A DNA stretch of 64,000 nt, from the NCBI GenBank assembly GCA_036918135.1, contig JBALDB010000063.1, positions 1 to 64,000 on the forward strand, written 5' to 3'. The DNA is from Nostoc sp. Lineage in GTDB: Bacteria > Cyanobacteriota > Cyanobacteriia > Cyanobacteriales > Nostocaceae. The notes beneath the pieces are model-generated. The model worked only from the letters and a program-made list of their open reading frames with translations, was not told the origin of the DNA and made no database searches. Shown here piece by piece: positions 63,089 to 64,000 of the stretch. The translations under genes and the position numbers were made by a program. Positions within the stretch are counted from its first letter, which is position 1. The number at the start of each line of letters is the position of its first letter.

Positions 63089-64000
63089 TCAGGCTGATTC
63101 TGGCTTTGGCAATGAAGATGGATGCACAATCAATTCGGCTGTCGATCGCTTCTCAACCATCTCGCGTGTTACTGTACAGCGTGTCACGTCTTTCCGAGAC
63201 GGTAACTCGTACATCACATCCAGCATCAATTCTTCCACAATGCCCCGCAACGCTCTAGCACCGGTTTTACGACGGTAGGCTTCTTGAGCGATCGCTCGCA
63301 GAGCATCTGCTTTAAAATCTAACTGGACATTATCCATCTTCAGCAGTTTTTGGTATTGCTTCACTAGCGCGCTGCGTGGTTGGGTGAGAATCGCCATTAG
63401 CGCTTCTTCATCTAGAGGATCTACCACTGCTACCATTGGCACGCGCCCGATAAATTCTGGAATCATGCCAAATTTCACTAAATCATCTGGTTCTAGATAG
63501 CGGAGAGTATCTGCGGCCCGTTTTTCTTTCGATTGTCCTTCTCCCGGCTGCACAAAACCTATTGCTTTTTTGCCAACTCTTTGATCCACAACCTTTTCTA
63601 AGCCCACGAAAGCCCCACCACAGACAAACAAGATATTGCTAGTATCAATCTGAATGCAGTCTTGGTAGGGATGCTTGCGCCCTCCTTGGGGTGGTACGTT
63701 GGCGATCGTTCCCTCTAACATTTTCAGCAAGGCTTGCTGCACGCCTTCCCCGGAAACATCGCGGGTAATTGAAGGATTTTCACTTTTGCGGGCGATTTTG
63801 TCAATTTCATCGATGTAGATAATTCCCCGTTGGGCTTCCTCTACATCTAAATCTGCCACCTGCAACAGCCGCAGCAAGATATTTTCTACATCTTCTCCCA
63901 CATACCCGGCTTCCGTCAGCGTCGTAGCATCAGCGACAGCAAAGGGTACATCAAGGATTTTTGCTAGGGTTTGGGCTAAGAGAGTTTTACCGCAACCAGT
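63089..64000 (-). CDS. clpX: ATP-dependent Clp protease ATP-binding subunit ClpX (5' part outside window)
   Basis: 'GCGKTLLA', '[12 protein letters not shown]', 'IDEIDKI', '[14 protein letters not shown]', 'GARALR'. Confidence 0.97.
   Translation of the reverse strand, partial: TGCGKTLLAQTLAKILDVPFAVADATTLTEAGYVGEDVENILLRLLQVADLDVEEAQRGIIYIDEIDKIARKSENPSITRDVSGEGVQQALLKMLEGTIANVPPQGGRKHPYQDCIQIDTSNILFVCGGAFVGLEKVVDQRVGKKAIGFVQPGEGQSKEKRAADTLRYLEPDDLVKFGMIPEFIGRVPMVAVVDPLDEEALMAILTQPRSALVKQYQKLLKMDNVQLDFKADALRAIAQEAYRRKTGARALRGIVEELMLDVMYELPSRKDVTRCTVTREMVEKRSTAELIVHPSSLPKPESA

Overview
Chromosomal window from a filamentous heterocyst-forming cyanobacterium, probably Nostoc-like (dense HIP1 GCGATCGC sites, 7-bp STRR tandem repeats, plmA, frt/glcP/oprB cluster). 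Most of it is ordinary: a myo-inositol oxygenase plus sugar-uptake cluster, two cyanobacteriochrome sensors, a Ser/Thr kinase, a Wzc-like protein, an RTX/PPC secreted protein, rnz, ddl, a crtO-like pseudogene, tRNA-Asn, tRNA-Ala, trhO, murJ, a TIR-GUN4 islet, plmA and a partial clpX. The standout is 1-3177, the right arm of a cargo-carrying mobile element. Small phage-like ORFs are followed by a canonical hammerhead ribozyme (1321-1376), a ~220-nt two-loop bridge-RNA-like structure (1377-1597), an IS110-family DEDD/Ser recombinase and an XRE regulator. Two of the four symmetric 8-nt guide segments of that RNA exactly spell the sequence at 3165-3177. This places the element's right junction at the XRE stop / host-gene start and predicts the empty target (AACTTGAAGGTAG), the circle junction (AGAGTGAATCACC) and a left junction upstream of the window (AACTTGAATCACC). 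All structures were paired by eye; no folding or database search was run.
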